Below, one piece after another: positions 18,774-29,521 of a stretch of 64,000 nucleotides of DNA. This DNA comes from Dehalococcoidia bacterium. GTDB taxonomy: Bacteria > Chloroflexota > Dehalococcoidia > UBA2979. The notes below the pieces were generated by a model. It was not told the DNA's origin, did no database searches, and saw nothing but the letters and a program-made list of their open reading frames with translations. The DNA lies in NCBI GenBank assembly GCA_965198045.1, contig CBDAOL010000009.1:254445-318444 (forward strand), given 5' to 3'. Made by a program: the position numbers and the translations under genes. How positions within the stretch are numbered: position 1 is the first letter of the stretch; the number at the start of each line of letters is the position of its first letter.

Positions 18774-19769
18774 ATGTCCGACACCATGACGAAGCGGGAG
18801 CGGGTTCGCGCCGCCCTCGCAGGGCAGCCGGTTGACCGCGCGCCGGTCTCGATGTGGGGGCACGACTATCTGCGCGAGTGGTCCGCCGAGGACCTCGCCG
18901 CGGCCACGCTGGAGCAGTACCGCGAGTTCGATTGGGACTTCATCAAGCTCAACCCGCGCTGGACGCACTTCGCCGAGGCGTGGGGTGCGCGCTACGAGCC
19001 GCCCGACACCCAGCGCAACCCGCGGCCGCTGGCCCATCCGGTCGAGTTGATCGAGGACCTGCGATCGATCGAGCCGGTTGATCCGCTTGGCGGGCCCTTC
19101 GCTGAACAACTCGAGGGCCTGCGCACGCTCCTCGACGAGCTCGACGGCGAGGTCGACGTCATCCAGACGCTATTCTCGCCGCTTTCGATCATCGCCATGC
19201 TCTGCGGCCGGCCGGCGACGATCCAGGAGTTCGCCGCCGAGGACCCGGCCGCCGTCCATCGCGCCCTCGCCGCCGTCGCGGACACGCTCGGGCGCTACGC
19301 CGAGGCGACGATCGAAGCGGGCGCTTCCGGCGTGTTCTACGCGCCGCTCTTCTGGGCGAGCCGGGACACTTGCGACGAACGGTTCTACACCGAGTTCGGC
19401 CGCCCCTACGACCTGCAAATCCTCGATCACATCCGCGACACCGAGTTCAACGTGCTGCACGTCTGCCAGAACAACAACATGCTCGAGCTGCTCCTCGACT
19501 ACCCCGTTGCCGCGTTCAACTGGGACGACCGGGGCGAGGGCAACCGGACCCTCGAAGAGGCGCGCGCCCTGACTAACCGCGCGCTCATGGGCGGCATCGA
19601 GCGGGAGCAGCTGACGGACGACGGGGTAGCTGTCATCACCTCGAGGCTCGGCGAGCTGTCAGGAACGTCGCTCCCCGGACTGCTGCTCAGCGGTGGCTGC
19701 GCCGTCTCGCTTGGCAGCAGCGTCGCTGCACGTCACGCCGCCGCCGAGGCTGCTCGACGCGTGGCGTAG
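18774..19769 (+). CDS. uroporphyrinogen decarboxylase (URO-D) family protein
   Basis: URO-D/MtaA-like fold. The C-terminus is atypical. Confidence 0.55.
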   Translation: MSDTMTKRERVRAALAGQPVDRAPVSMWGHDYLREWSAEDLAAATLEQYREFDWDFIKLNPRWTHFAEAWGARYEPPDTQRNPRPLAHPVELIEDLRSIEPVDPLGGPFAEQLEGLRTLLDELDGEVDVIQTLFSPLSIIAMLCGRPATIQEFAAEDPAAVHRALAAVADTLGRYAEATIEAGASGVFYAPLFWASRDTCDERFYTEFGRPYDLQILDHIRDTEFNVLHVCQNNNMLELLLDYPVAAFNWDDRGEGNRTLEEARALTNRALMGGIEREQLTDDGVAVITSRLGELSGTSLPGLLLSGGCAVSLGSSVAARHAAAEAARRVA

Positions 19770-19843
19770 CGACCGATGGGCGATAGCTGACACGACGCCG
19801 CCGAGCCGTCCTCGAGCGCCCGCGCAGGGGGCAGGCCACTCCC

Positions 19844-20809
19844 TTAGACCGCGCGCGCCAGCCCGGCCGCGGCGAGGTCGGACCAGAGGGCGTCAGGCAC
19901 CTCGACGTCCATCATGGCGAGGTTTGTCTCGAACTCCTCGACGCTACGCGGACCCGGGATAACGGCTGCGACCGCGGGATGGCGGAGCGGGTACTGCAGC
20001 GCGGCCGCGCGCATGTCGGTGCCGTGGCGTTCGCAGATCGCCCGGATCGCCTCGGCGCGCTGCCAGCGCTCGTCGTCGACCGGGCGGTAGTCGTATGTTG
20101 CGCGCGCGCGATCGGCTGTCGCGAGCATGCCGCTGTTGTACGGCCCGCCGATGACGATAGAGACGTGGCGCTCCAGGCAGCGCGGCAGCAACTCGTCGAG
20201 CGCGTCCTGTTCGAGGAGCGTGAACCGCCCGGCCAGCAGGAAGACGTCGACATCGAAGAGGTCGAGCACGCTGTTGCAGACCTCCCACTCGTTCACGCCG
20301 AGGCCGAAGGCGCCGATCACGCCCTCGCGGCGGAGGTCGGCGAGCGCCGGGAGGATGCCCTTCACCGCCGTCTCGAACACGCCCGACTGCGACTCGCCAT
20401 GCGTCCATACGTCAATGTCGTGGCAGAAGAGGATGTCCACGCGCTCACGGCCGAGGCGGTCCAGGCTCGCCTCGAGCGAGGTCCGCGCGCCGGTGTAGCT
20501 GTAGTCGTAGCGGACAGTCGGATCACCCCCGCCCGAGGGGTCGAGCAGCCGGCCCACTTTGGTGGAGAGCAGGTACGCGTCGCGTGGAACAGCGGCGAGC
20601 CCGGTGCCGATGCGCCGCTCGCTGCGACCCACGCCGTAGAGCGGCGCGGTGTCGAAGTAGCGAATGCCCGCGTCGTAGGCCGTTCGCACGAGGGCGGCGG
20701 CGTCATCCTCGGCGATCGCATCCCCCAGCCCGCCGAGGGGCGCGCCACCGAAACCGAGTTCGGTGACCAGCAGGTCGGTCGCGCCGATCGTGCGTGTGCG
20801 TAGCGCCAT
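19844..20809 (-). CDS. aldo/keto reductase
   Basis: LGFGGAPLG...YFDTAPLYG... AKR signatures. Confidence 0.8.
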   Translation of the reverse strand: MALRTRTIGATDLLVTELGFGGAPLGGLGDAIAEDDAAALVRTAYDAGIRYFDTAPLYGVGRSERRIGTGLAAVPRDAYLLSTKVGRLLDPSGGGDPTVRYDYSYTGARTSLEASLDRLGRERVDILFCHDIDVWTHGESQSGVFETAVKGILPALADLRREGVIGAFGLGVNEWEVCNSVLDLFDVDVFLLAGRFTLLEQDALDELLPRCLERHVSIVIGGPYNSGMLATADRARATYDYRPVDDERWQRAEAIRAICERHGTDMRAAALQYPLRHPAVAAVIPGPRSVEEFETNLAMMDVEVPDALWSDLAAAGLARAV

Positions 20810-20929
20810 GCTGCCTCCCCGGACGGCGTCGTGAGGAGGAGTCTAAGCGGCCGAGCGGTCAGATGACCTCGCTCAGCGGATGGAGGTGACGATGCTGGTC
20901 CCGCCGATGCAGGAGCCGCTACCGGAGAC

Positions 20930-21670
20930 TCAGTCCCAGCTCTCGCTGCCATCGAGCCGTTCCATCGCGGGGTCGTACGTCAGCATGAACGTGACGGTCG
21001 TGATCCCCACACCATCGACCTTGCTGCCGCTAAACGTGATGTCGTTGCCGTCGAGCAGGCCAGTCCACGGGTCCACCTGCGATCCGTTGACGCCCACGAC
21101 CTGGATCTGGCTGCCCACGATCGTGACGGTGATGTTCTCGAGGTATGCCGCGGTGTCAGACGCTGAGGAGCAGATCCCGATCGGCAGCGGATCGACGGTC
21201 ATTCGCCACGCTCCGGCCATCGTCGGCGCAGGGGTCGCAGTAGGCGTCGCCGTCGCAGTCGGTGTCGGCGTCGGATTCGGCGTCGCCGTGGGGGTGGCTG
21301 TGGGCGTCGCCGTCGGCGCGGCCGTCGCCGTGGGGCTGGGCGTCGAGGCCGGAGTCGGTGCCTCAGTCGGCTCGGGCGTCGGGGACGGGGTGGGCGAAGG
21401 CGACGGCGACGGCGACGGCGTACTGGTGGGCGCCGGCGTCGGTGTGTCAGTCGCGGGAACGGCCGTAGGGGTGGCGGTCGATGTCGGGCTCGGCGCGCTC
21501 ACAAGCGGCTCGTCGTCGTCGCCGCTCGACAGGGCGAACACGGCGATCACGATCACCAGCAGCCGCGCGCCCGCGCCGCCGAGGAACCACCAGATGAAGA
21601 AGACGCGTCGACGGCGTCGTCGCTCCTCTTCCTCTTCGGGCCCGACAGGAGAGTCAGGTTGATCCGCCAT
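20930..21670 (-). CDS. single-pass membrane protein with about 110-aa Pro/Thr-rich linker and C-terminal globular domain
   Basis: EEEEERRRRRR cytoplasmic tip, one TM helix, PT/PS low-complexity repeats, then a C-terminal domain of about 100 aa. Confidence 0.6.
   Translation of the reverse strand: MADQPDSPVGPEEEEERRRRRRVFFIWWFLGGAGARLLVIVIAVFALSSGDDDEPLVSAPSPTSTATPTAVPATDTPTPAPTSTPSPSPSPSPTPSPTPEPTEAPTPASTPSPTATAAPTATPTATPTATPNPTPTPTATATPTATPAPTMAGAWRMTVDPLPIGICSSASDTAAYLENITVTIVGSQIQVVGVNGSQVDPWTGLLDGNDITFSGSKVDGVGITTVTFMLTYDPAMERLDGSESWD
21235..21480. repeat. degenerate codon-level tandem repeat (ACN CCN) encoding the PT-rich linker
   Basis: Runs of acg/ccg/acc/ccc triplets are visible directly in the sequence. 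Confidence 0.6.
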
Positions 21671-21784
21671 ACCCGTGCCTCACGCGGCAGCATACCCCTC
21701 GCGAACGGGCATGGAAACGACGCAACTGGCGCCTCGGCGGAGGTCCTAGGGCCTCGACGCGACCGGTGATAGCATCGCGCTCCC

Positions 21785-23112
21785 GTGACTGCCGTACCGC
21801 CGACCGACGCCCCGCCGCTTCGCGCGCCTCTCGCAGCGCGGATCGTGCCTGCGGGCGTGTTCTACGGCTGGGCCATCGCGGTGGCCATCGGCGCGCTGAT
21901 GATGGTCGTCGTCGGGATCGGGTACTACGGCCTCGCCGTCTTCCTGAACCCGCTACAGGAGGAGCACGGCTGGTCGAATGGGGCTGTGAGCGGAGCCGCC
22001 GCGCTCTACTTCATCGCCTCCGGTATCGCTTCGGCGCTCTTTGGACCATTGATCGACCGCCACGGACCGATGTGGCTCATGACAGCCGGATTCATCCTCG
22101 TTGGGCTCTCCGCGGTGCTCGTGGGGTTCGTCGAGGAGCTCTGGCACCTCTACGCGGTCTACCTGCTGCTGGCCATCGGGTTCGGCATGTCCTCGAACGT
22201 CGCGACCAACGCGATCATGACGCGCTGGTTCATGGTCCGCCGGGCGAGGGCGATGAGCGTTTCCGCGACGGGCATCTCGCTGGGCGGCGTCTTCCTCACT
22301 CCGCTGGGCGCGAAGCTGGTCGACATCGGCGGGCTGGAGCTCGCAGCGCCGGTGCTCGGCGGGCTGGTCCTCATCGTCACACTGCCAGTGCTCTGGGGTG
22401 TGATCGCGTACGACCCGCGACAGATGGGACTGCACCCGGACGGCGAGGATCCGGCGCTCAGTCTCGCTGCCGCCAGCACCCGCATCGACGCCGGCTCGCA
22501 GTTCCGGCCTGGTCGATCCCACAGGCGCTGCGCACGGTCTCGTTCTGGGGCATCGCCATCGCCTTCACGCTCGTGCTGATCGCGCAGACCGGCTTCGTCA
22601 TCCACCAGATCGCGTTCCTCGAGGACCGCCTCGGCAGCCGCAGCGCCGCAGCGTTGGCGCTGAGCACGACCGCCTTCGGCAGCATCGTCGCGAGGCTGAT
22701 CGTCGGCACCTTCGCCGACGCCGTGGACAAGCGCTGGCTCACCGTCGTGCTGTTCATCGTGCAGGGAGTGACCGTGCTGCTCGTACTCCGCACCGAGAGC
22801 GTGGTCGCCACCTACGCGCTGACGCTCACCTTCGGATTCACGATCGGGAACATCTACATGATGCAGGCGCTGCTGGTCGGCGAGATCTTCGGGATGGTCT
22901 CGTTCGGCGCGATCTTCGGGGTCGTGGCCATGAGTGGGCAGGCGGGGAGTGGGCTCGGCCCCCTGCTGGTCGGTTTGCTCGAGGATCGCAGCGGCAGCTA
23001 CGACCTCGCGTTCACGGTCACGGCGCTGATCACGTTCGCTGCCGCCGGGCTTGTGCTCTTCGCACGACCGATCGAGGGCCTCGGCAGCGCTGCGTCACCC
23101 GCCGAGGGCTGA
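21785..23112 (+). CDS. MFS transporter, interrupted by a frameshift near 22490-22510
   Basis: N-terminal six TM helices are in ORF 21785..22579. C-terminal six TM helices are in a different frame (21766..23112 track ORF). Confidence 0.65.
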
Positions 23113-23115
23113 GCC

Positions 23116-23979
23116 TCAGCCGGTCTCGATCGGCAGAGCCGGGTCCGCCGCCCACTCTGACATCGATGCGTCATAGATCGAGACGTTCTCGACGCCGAGC
23201 ATCTTCAGCACGAACGCGTCGCTGCTCGCGGCGATACCCCCGCCGCAGTAGGTGATCACGCGCTCGCCGTCGGTGGCGCCGACGCCGGCGAACTGTGTGC
23301 GCAGCTCCTCGAGCGGTCGATACGCCCCGGTCTCCGCGTCGACGAGGCCGAACGCCGGCACGTTGACGCTCGAAGGGATGTGGCCGGGCCGGCCGTATGG
23401 CGACACCTCGCCGCTGTGCTGATCCGCGCCGAGGGCGTTGAGGATGCACGTGTCGCCGTCCTCGATGCTCGCCAGTACATCGTCGCGGTCCGCGAACAGC
23501 TCAGGCCGCGGCTGCGGCACGAACGTCGCCTCCGGGTAGGTCGACGGCTCCGTCGAGGTCGGGCGACCCTCGGCGGTCCACTTCGTCCAGCCGCCGTTGA
23601 GGACTGCCGCGTCGTCGAAACCCGTGGCGCGCAGCATCCACCAGATACGCGTCGCCCACATGTGGCCTGCGCGGTCGTAAAGCACGACGCGCGTGCCTTC
23701 GCCGACGCCGTAGCGGCCCATCGCCGCCGCGAACTCCTCGGCGGGGGGCATCATGAAGCGGAGTTCCGAGTTGCGGTCGGAGAGATCCCCCGGCAGGTCG
23801 GCGAAGCCGCTGCCCGGGATGTGCGAGGCAGCCCACTCCTCCCGCGCCGCGTCGGCGTTGAACCCACCGCCCTCGCGCGGTCGCAGGAACACCGTGCAGT
23901 CCAGGACTCGCAGGTCCGGATCCTCGAGCTGTGCTTCGAGCCAGTCGGTTTCAGCCAGCGGTGTCTCGAACGCGCTCAT
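23116..23979 (-). CDS. two-domain rhodanese: thiosulfate/3-mercaptopyruvate sulfurtransferase (SseA-like)
   Basis: Tandem rhodanese domains with the catalytic motif ...VITYCGGGIAAS... in the second domain. Start set at the ATG preceded by GAAGGG. Confidence 0.8.
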   Translation of the reverse strand: MSAFETPLAETDWLEAQLEDPDLRVLDCTVFLRPREGGGFNADAAREEWAASHIPGSGFADLPGDLSDRNSELRFMMPPAEEFAAAMGRYGVGEGTRVVLYDRAGHMWATRIWWMLRATGFDDAAVLNGGWTKWTAEGRPTSTEPSTYPEATFVPQPRPELFADRDDVLASIEDGDTCILNALGADQHSGEVSPYGRPGHIPSSVNVPAFGLVDAETGAYRPLEELRTQFAGVGATDGERVITYCGGGIAASSDAFVLKMLGVENVSIYDASMSEWAADPALPIETG

Positions 23980-24018
23980 CTCATCACCCTTCACGCTCGG
24001 CGATGATAGCCGCAGCGC

Positions 24019-25188
24019 TCACCGTTCGTAGACGACGCCCCCGGTGCGGTGGGCTGCGATGTAGTCGTGGCCGATCTCAACGCCAAGGCCCGGCCCCTCG
24101 GGCGGCTGCACGCAACCCTGATCGTCGATGGACTCGAGCTGCTCCTCGTAGTTGAGGAACACCGGCGGCCGCGACAGCTTCAGCCGAGGGTGCACCAGGC
24201 CCATCTCGTAGTAGTTCGTGTTGCGGATCGCGGCCATCAAGTGCCGGCGCGTCGGGCCGGGTGAGTGCAGTTCCGCGTCGAGGCCGAAGCCCTCAGCGGC
24301 GTGCGCCACCTTGAGGCCGCCCGTGATGCCGCCGTCGTAATCGGGGTCGACCCGCACGAAGTCGGTACCGTCCGCGACGATGAAATCGACGTGCATCTCC
24401 ACGCCTCGGATGTGCTCGGTCTGAAGCAGCGGCGTGCTGATCAGCTGTCGCAGCTTCCGGTGACCGAACGCCGAGACGCCGCCGTCGCGGTAGGGATCCT
24501 CGAGCCAGAGATAGCCGTACTCGTCGCATGCCTTGCCGACCTTGTAGGCGTCGGCGAACGTCATGAGCGTGCTCGCCGGGTCGAGCATCATGTCCATCTT
24601 CCCGCCGACCCGCTTCGCCACGGCCTCTAGGAGGTCGAGCCGCTTCTGGAGGGTCGCGTCGCGCCACCAGTGGATCTTGTACGCGGGGTAGCCCATCTCC
24701 AGGCACTGCTCGGCGAAGTCGGCATAGGCCTCGGGCGTGCTCAGGCCATCGGGCTCGTCGTCTCCCACCGTCGTGCTGGCGTAGCACGGGAGGTCGGTGC
24801 GGAACTCGCCGAGCAGCTGGTAGACCGGTGCGTCGAAGAACTTGCCGGCGATGTCCCAGAGCGCCATGTCGACCTGCGACATCCCCATCCGCGCCTGTTG
24901 CTTCAGCGACAGCTTGGCGTCGTTGTAGAAGCGTTCGCGTGCCAGCGCGCTGCGCCCGAGCAACGCATGCGCGACGTTGGCCACGCCCGCGAGTTCCGAG
25001 GCGTTCCCACCCACGTATTCGCCGGTGATGCCAAGGTCCGTCTCGACGGACAGCAGACGCCCGGTCCGCGTAAGCGTGCCACCCTTGCGATACATCGGCA
25101 TGCGTGTCTCGCGGTGCGGTTCGATGTCCTGGAGCTCGTAGCTGAACTCGGTGATCTCGATCTTCGTGACGATCGGGGGCTGATCCAT
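24019..25188 (-). CDS. enolase-superfamily enzyme (mandelate racemase / muconate lactonizing enzyme family)
   Basis: Capping domain plus TIM-barrel with acidic metal ligands (...MDMMLDPASTL..., ...LWLEDPY...). Confidence 0.8.
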   Translation of the reverse strand: MDQPPIVTKIEITEFSYELQDIEPHRETRMPMYRKGGTLTRTGRLLSVETDLGITGEYVGGNASELAGVANVAHALLGRSALARERFYNDAKLSLKQQARMGMSQVDMALWDIAGKFFDAPVYQLLGEFRTDLPCYASTTVGDDEPDGLSTPEAYADFAEQCLEMGYPAYKIHWWRDATLQKRLDLLEAVAKRVGGKMDMMLDPASTLMTFADAYKVGKACDEYGYLWLEDPYRDGGVSAFGHRKLRQLISTPLLQTEHIRGVEMHVDFIVADGTDFVRVDPDYDGGITGGLKVAHAAEGFGLDAELHSPGPTRRHLMAAIRNTNYYEMGLVHPRLKLSRPPVFLNYEEQLESIDDQGCVQPPEGPGLGVEIGHDYIAAHRTGGVVYER

Positions 25189-25244
25189 GGTTCGACTCCG
25201 TGCTGCGAGTGATCTGTGGCATCAGCGCACCCTAGCGGAGTCTG

Positions 25245-26219
25245 CTACTCCTCGGCCGCTCGCGTCTCTCGCTCCCAGGCGATCGTGCGCCGCAGCGCTG
25301 CTCGGAACGGCACGCGTTCTGCGTAGCCCAACTCGCGCCGGATCCTCGAGGAGTCAGCCGCCATCTGCTGGCGGTAGTCAATCGGCGCACGGCGGTCAGG
25401 CGCGATCTGCTCGTCCGGCACGACCTCGGTCGTCCCGGACCAGCCGGCCTCCTCGCCCAGCGCCGTGACGAGATCCTGGCGCGTTCGCGTGTCCTGCTCA
25501 GCCACGTGGTACACGCCCTCGGCGGCCGGGTGAGTCGCGGTCAGCGCCAGCGCGCGTCCGATGTCCTCGACGTAGCCCATCGCGAAGCGCCAGGCCGCTT
25601 CGGACGCGCCGAGGGTGAGCGTCGCGTCACCGCGGTCCATCGCGGCCAGGTCGCGTGCCAGCCGGTGCTGGGCGTCGCGCGGTCCATAGACCGCCGGCAG
25701 ACGCAGCGCGACCGCTTCGAGGTTGGGCCACTCGAGCACCGCGTGCTCGACCTCGATCTTCTCGTAGTCGTCGATCGGGAACGCCGACTCGCGGCCGCTC
25801 CCCCGGTATGGATAGAGGTGACGCCGCAGCGGAGAGTCTTCGGTCAGTGCACCCTCGAGCGGCGGCCCGTCCTCGCGGCCCTGCAGGTGGTCGTAGGCGC
25901 GGTAAACGTCCACGCTGCTCGCGACCACCCAGCGTCGAACGTCGCCGGCGATCGCCTCGAGGGCCGCCCGCGCCGACGCGCTCGTCATCGCAAACATGTC
26001 AACGACGACCTCCGGCCGCCAGCCCGCCAGCTCGGGGGCGTGCGCCGCGATGTCGTTGCGATCGAGCAGCAGCTCGTCGACACCGCTGGGGACTCCGGCG
26101 TCGCCACCACCGGCGGCCGCACCGCGGTGCACGACGGCGATGTCGTGGCCGTCCTCGAGGAGCGCTGCCACCAGGGCGCGACCGATAAACCGCGTGCCGC
26201 CGAGGACCATCACCCGCAT
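25245..26219 (-). CDS. NAD-dependent epimerase/dehydratase family protein
   Basis: MRVMVLGGTRFIGRALV is an N-terminal Rossmann motif of extended SDRs. Confidence 0.75.
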   Translation of the reverse strand: MRVMVLGGTRFIGRALVAALLEDGHDIAVVHRGAAAGGGDAGVPSGVDELLLDRNDIAAHAPELAGWRPEVVVDMFAMTSASARAALEAIAGDVRRWVVASSVDVYRAYDHLQGREDGPPLEGALTEDSPLRRHLYPYRGSGRESAFPIDDYEKIEVEHAVLEWPNLEAVALRLPAVYGPRDAQHRLARDLAAMDRGDATLTLGASEAAWRFAMGYVEDIGRALALTATHPAAEGVYHVAEQDTRTRQDLVTALGEEAGWSGTTEVVPDEQIAPDRRAPIDYRQQMAADSSRIRRELGYAERVPFRAALRRTIAWERETRAAEE

Positions 26220-26272
26220 GCGGCGACGCTACCACCTCGGCGCTACGCTGCACCTCGTGATGGAGGTGAGGC

Positions 26273-26728
26273 GTGGCAGCGTGGCGTGAGTTCGAGGAGC
26301 AGGCGCCGGAGCTGGCCGCCGCGGGCCGGCGCATCTGGGGCGAGATCGACCTCGCCTACATCGGTACCGTTTCGGCGAGCGGCTGGCCTCGAATCCACCC
26401 GATCGTCGTCGTCTTTGTCGGCGACGACCTCGAGTTCTCGATTGGCCGCCAGACGCCGAAGTTCGGCGACCTCCAGCGCGACGCTCGCTGCGCGCTCCAC
26501 TCGCCGCATCTCAACGCCGACGACGAGGAGTTCTTCGTGCGCGGCCGGGTCCTCCCGCGGAACGACGAGGCGGGGCGCGCGCGTTTCGATGCGGCGGCGC
26601 CATACGCGCTCAAGGAGCACGAGTTCGTCTACGCGATGGACCTCGATCGGGTGCTCTGGACGCGCTGGTTCCATCCGGGACAACCCGACACGCACCCGAT
26701 CCGCGAGCTGTGGCGTGACGAGGGGTGA
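26273..26728 (+). CDS. PPOX-class / pyridoxamine 5-prime-phosphate oxidase-like split-barrel protein
   Basis: 151 aa. GTG start after GGAGGTGAG. Family assignment by overall pattern only. Confidence 0.45.
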   Translation: MAAWREFEEQAPELAAAGRRIWGEIDLAYIGTVSASGWPRIHPIVVVFVGDDLEFSIGRQTPKFGDLQRDARCALHSPHLNADDEEFFVRGRVLPRNDEAGRARFDAAAPYALKEHEFVYAMDLDRVLWTRWFHPGQPDTHPIRELWRDEG

Positions 26729-26747
26729 GCGTGCGCGTCGTCGACGG

Positions 26748-27326
26748 CTAGTCCGGGAGGTGTGCCAGCGTCTCTTCGAACGACTGTACGTCCTGGTGCA
26801 TGACGAGCAGGTCATACGTCGTGCCGTCGGTATCCACGACCTGGTCCGCTAATACCGCGAGCGGGACGAAGCCGAGGCGGCGGAACACCCGGATGGCCGC
26901 CAGTTGGTCCAGCGTCATGTTCGCGATTACGCGGCGCACGCCGAGGTCGGCGGCGACTCGGAACGCCTCGGTGGTGAGCTGGCGACCGAGGCCGAGGCCG
27001 CGCGCTGCCTCGCCGACGACCACGCGGATCTCCGCCACGTGTCGGTTCCATGATGTCGGCGCGCGCACGACGGATCCGAAGCCGAGGATGCCCTCGTCGC
27101 CCTCGGCCAGGATGACGCCGGCGTAGCCCATGAGGATCTCGTCGATCCAGCTGTTCAGCCCCTCGATCTCTGTGATGTCGGTGGGCAGGAACATCAGATC
27201 GTGCACCGGTACGGAACGCACGAACGCGAGCAACGCCTGAGCATCGTCGCTGTTCATGTAGCGCAGGTTCACGCTGCGGCCATTGATGTCAGCTGAGCGT
27301 AGGCTCGCAGTCGGCCGGTCAGTCAT
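26748..27326 (-). CDS. GNAT family N-acetyltransferase
   Basis: ...RVVVGEAARGLGLGRQLTTEAFRVAADLGVRRV... is the acetyl-CoA binding motif A. Start trimmed to the ATG at 27326. Confidence 0.75.
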   Translation of the reverse strand: MTDRPTASLRSADINGRSVNLRYMNSDDAQALLAFVRSVPVHDLMFLPTDITEIEGLNSWIDEILMGYAGVILAEGDEGILGFGSVVRAPTSWNRHVAEIRVVVGEAARGLGLGRQLTTEAFRVAADLGVRRVIANMTLDQLAAIRVFRRLGFVPLAVLADQVVDTDGTTYDLLVMHQDVQSFEETLAHLPD

Positions 27327-27490
27327 GGCAATGGTCCCCTCGACGCCAGGCGGGGCAGCGATGGGTCGCCAGCACCTTACTGCACCGGACGCTCCGCGCG
27401 GTCGGCCGCAGTGCTCAAGACCCTTGGCACCTATGCTGCGCCGAGGCTTCGACCAGGCGGAGCCGTCGATCAGACGTCGAGGAGGACGCA

Positions 27491-28238
27491 ATGCTGCAGG
27501 ATCTGACCGGGCAGGTCGCATGGATCACGGGCGCCGGCACCGGGATCGGCGAAGCCGGCGCGATCAAGCTCGCCGAGGCTGGCTGCAAGGTCGTGCTCTC
27601 CGGCCGGCGCGCTGAGCACCTCGAGCGTGTCGCGCAGCAGATCAAAGCCGCCGGCGGCGAGGCAGTAGTCGAGCCGCTCGACGTCCTCTCGCAGCCTGCC
27701 GTTGCAGCCGTCGTCGACCGCATCGTCGAACGCTTCCGCCGCCTCGACATCGGTGTCTTCAGCGCTGGTGTGAACGTCAAGGACCGCAACTGGCCAGTGG
27801 TCACACCCGACGGCTGGAACCAGGTGATCGGCATCGACCTCGACGGCGCGTTCTACTGCATGTCATGCGGTGCTGCCCGTGATGCGCGAGCAGGGCGGCG
27901 GCCTCGTGATCAACATCTCCTCGATGGCCGCGAAGGGCGTCAGTCCCCTCACCGGGCCCGCCTACACCGCTGCGAAGCACGCCATGAACGCGATGACGGC
28001 GTCGCTCCTGATCGAGGAGCGCAACAACGGCATCCGCGCGACCGCGATCTGTCCCGGCGAGGTCGCCACGCCGATCCTCGACCAGCGGCCGGTGCCCGTC
28101 AGCGCCGAGGATCAGGCGCGCATCCTCCAGGGCGAAGACCTCGGCGACTTGATCCTCTTCGTCGCGCAGCAGCCGCCCTCGGTCACGCTCAACGAAGTGC
28201 TGATCACGCCGACCTACAACCGCTTCGCTGCCGGATAG
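27491..28238 (+). CDS. SDR family oxidoreductase, disrupted by a 1-bp insertion frameshift near 27858
   Basis: TGAGTGIG Rossmann motif in frame 2 up to ...GAFYCM. Continues as ...LPVMREQGGGLVINISS...YTAAKHA (catalytic Y-x3-K) in frame 0. The consensus ...FYCMHAVLPVM is restored by deleting one t in atgTcatgcgg. Confidence 0.7.
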
Positions 28239-28272
28239 CCTCGGCGGCGTGCGTTCGGCGCGTCGCCGCGCG

Positions 28273-29475
28273 CTATGGCGCCTCCTCGTCGGGTGTGGTC
28301 ACCACCCCGGCGTCGAGGAGCGCGTCGACCTCGTCGTCGGCGAAGCCGGCCTCCGCCAGGATCGTCCTCGAGTGCTCTCCCGGATGGACAGGCGCGTGCG
28401 TGCGCACCGACGCCGGGCTCGCGGAGAACTGCGCCGGAGGTCCGTGCGTGGCGATCGAGCCCCAGAGCGGGTGGTCCGTCTCCTGGACGTAGCCGTTGGC
28501 GATCGCCTGCGGGTCGTGCCGGATCGCCTCGTAGTCCTGCACGATCGTGCACGGGATGTCAGCTTCCCTTAACCGCTCGATCCACTCGTCGGCGGGGTGC
28601 TGGATCACCTGCGCGTCGATGCGCTCCACCAGCGCGCCGATGTTGGCGCCGCGTGCCTCGGGCGTGGCGAAACGCTCGTCGCTGACGAGCTCCTCGAGGT
28701 CCAGCGCGGCCGCCAATCTCGGATAGTGACGGGCCTCGAGGAACCCGAACGCGATCCAGCGGCCGTCGAGACAGAGCGCGCGATGGCTCAGCACGCCCGA
28801 CGATCTGCCCGGCGGTGAGAGTTCGTGGTCGTTCCAGACGCGTGCGACGTGGATGCCTTGTAGCGCGATCTGCGATCCGTAGAGCGAGACGTCGACCTTC
28901 TGTCCCTCGCCGGTGCGCAGGCGGTGGACCAACGCCGCGAGCACGCCGTAGGCCAGCATCGAGCCGCCGGTCTGGTCGGCGATGCCCGGCTGCGCGCCGT
29001 GCGGTGTCTCGCCCTCGGTCGTGGTGAACGCCATCAGACCGCCGGCCGCCTGCGCAATGTGGTCGTAGCCGGGGTCGAACGCTCGCGGCCCCCGTGGCCC
29101 GTACATGCTGCCCGAGGCAAAGATGAGGTCGGGTCGCAGCTCCCGTAGCCGCTCGTATCCGATGCCGAGGCGGTCCATCGTGCCCGGCCGGAAGTTCTCA
29201 GCGACGACATCGACGTGCGGCGCGAGCCGCTCCACCACCTCGACACCGCCGGGGCGCGAGAGGTCGAGGCAGAGGCTGCGCTTGTTGCGGTTGAGCGACT
29301 CGAAGTACGAGGAGTACCCGCTGAGGTGGCGCCCCAGCGTGCGGCCCGGGTCGCCGCCCGGCTGTTCGATCTTCCAGATGTCCGCGCCCAGGTCCGCTAG
29401 CTGCACGGTGCCGAACGTGCCCTGCTGGAAACGCGTGAAGTCGAGGATGCGCACGCCGTCAAGGGGGCCGCTCAT
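28273..29475 (-). CDS. CaiB/BaiF family III CoA-transferase
   Basis: ...VRILDFTRFQQGTFGTVQLADLGADIWKIEQPGGDPGR... is a family III CoA-transferase N-terminal signature. Confidence 0.85.
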   Translation of the reverse strand: MSGPLDGVRILDFTRFQQGTFGTVQLADLGADIWKIEQPGGDPGRTLGRHLSGYSSYFESLNRNKRSLCLDLSRPGGVEVVERLAPHVDVVAENFRPGTMDRLGIGYERLRELRPDLIFASGSMYGPRGPRAFDPGYDHIAQAAGGLMAFTTTEGETPHGAQPGIADQTGGSMLAYGVLAALVHRLRTGEGQKVDVSLYGSQIALQGIHVARVWNDHELSPPGRSSGVLSHRALCLDGRWIAFGFLEARHYPRLAAALDLEELVSDERFATPEARGANIGALVERIDAQVIQHPADEWIERLREADIPCTIVQDYEAIRHDPQAIANGYVQETDHPLWGSIATHGPPAQFSASPASVRTHAPVHPGEHSRTILAEAGFADDEVDALLDAGVVTTPDEEAP

Positions 29476-29521
29476 CGTCCGCCTCCTCGATCGTGTGCGC
29501 GTGGAGCCCGGGTGGTCGCTC

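Noticed and set aside
21235-21480. The repetitive DNA in 21235..21480 as a CRISPR array or intergenic satellite
   Set aside because: It lies inside a continuous ORF and encodes a Pro/Thr linker. The units are 6-nt codon pairs, not 25-40-nt repeats with unique spacers, and no cas genes are nearby.
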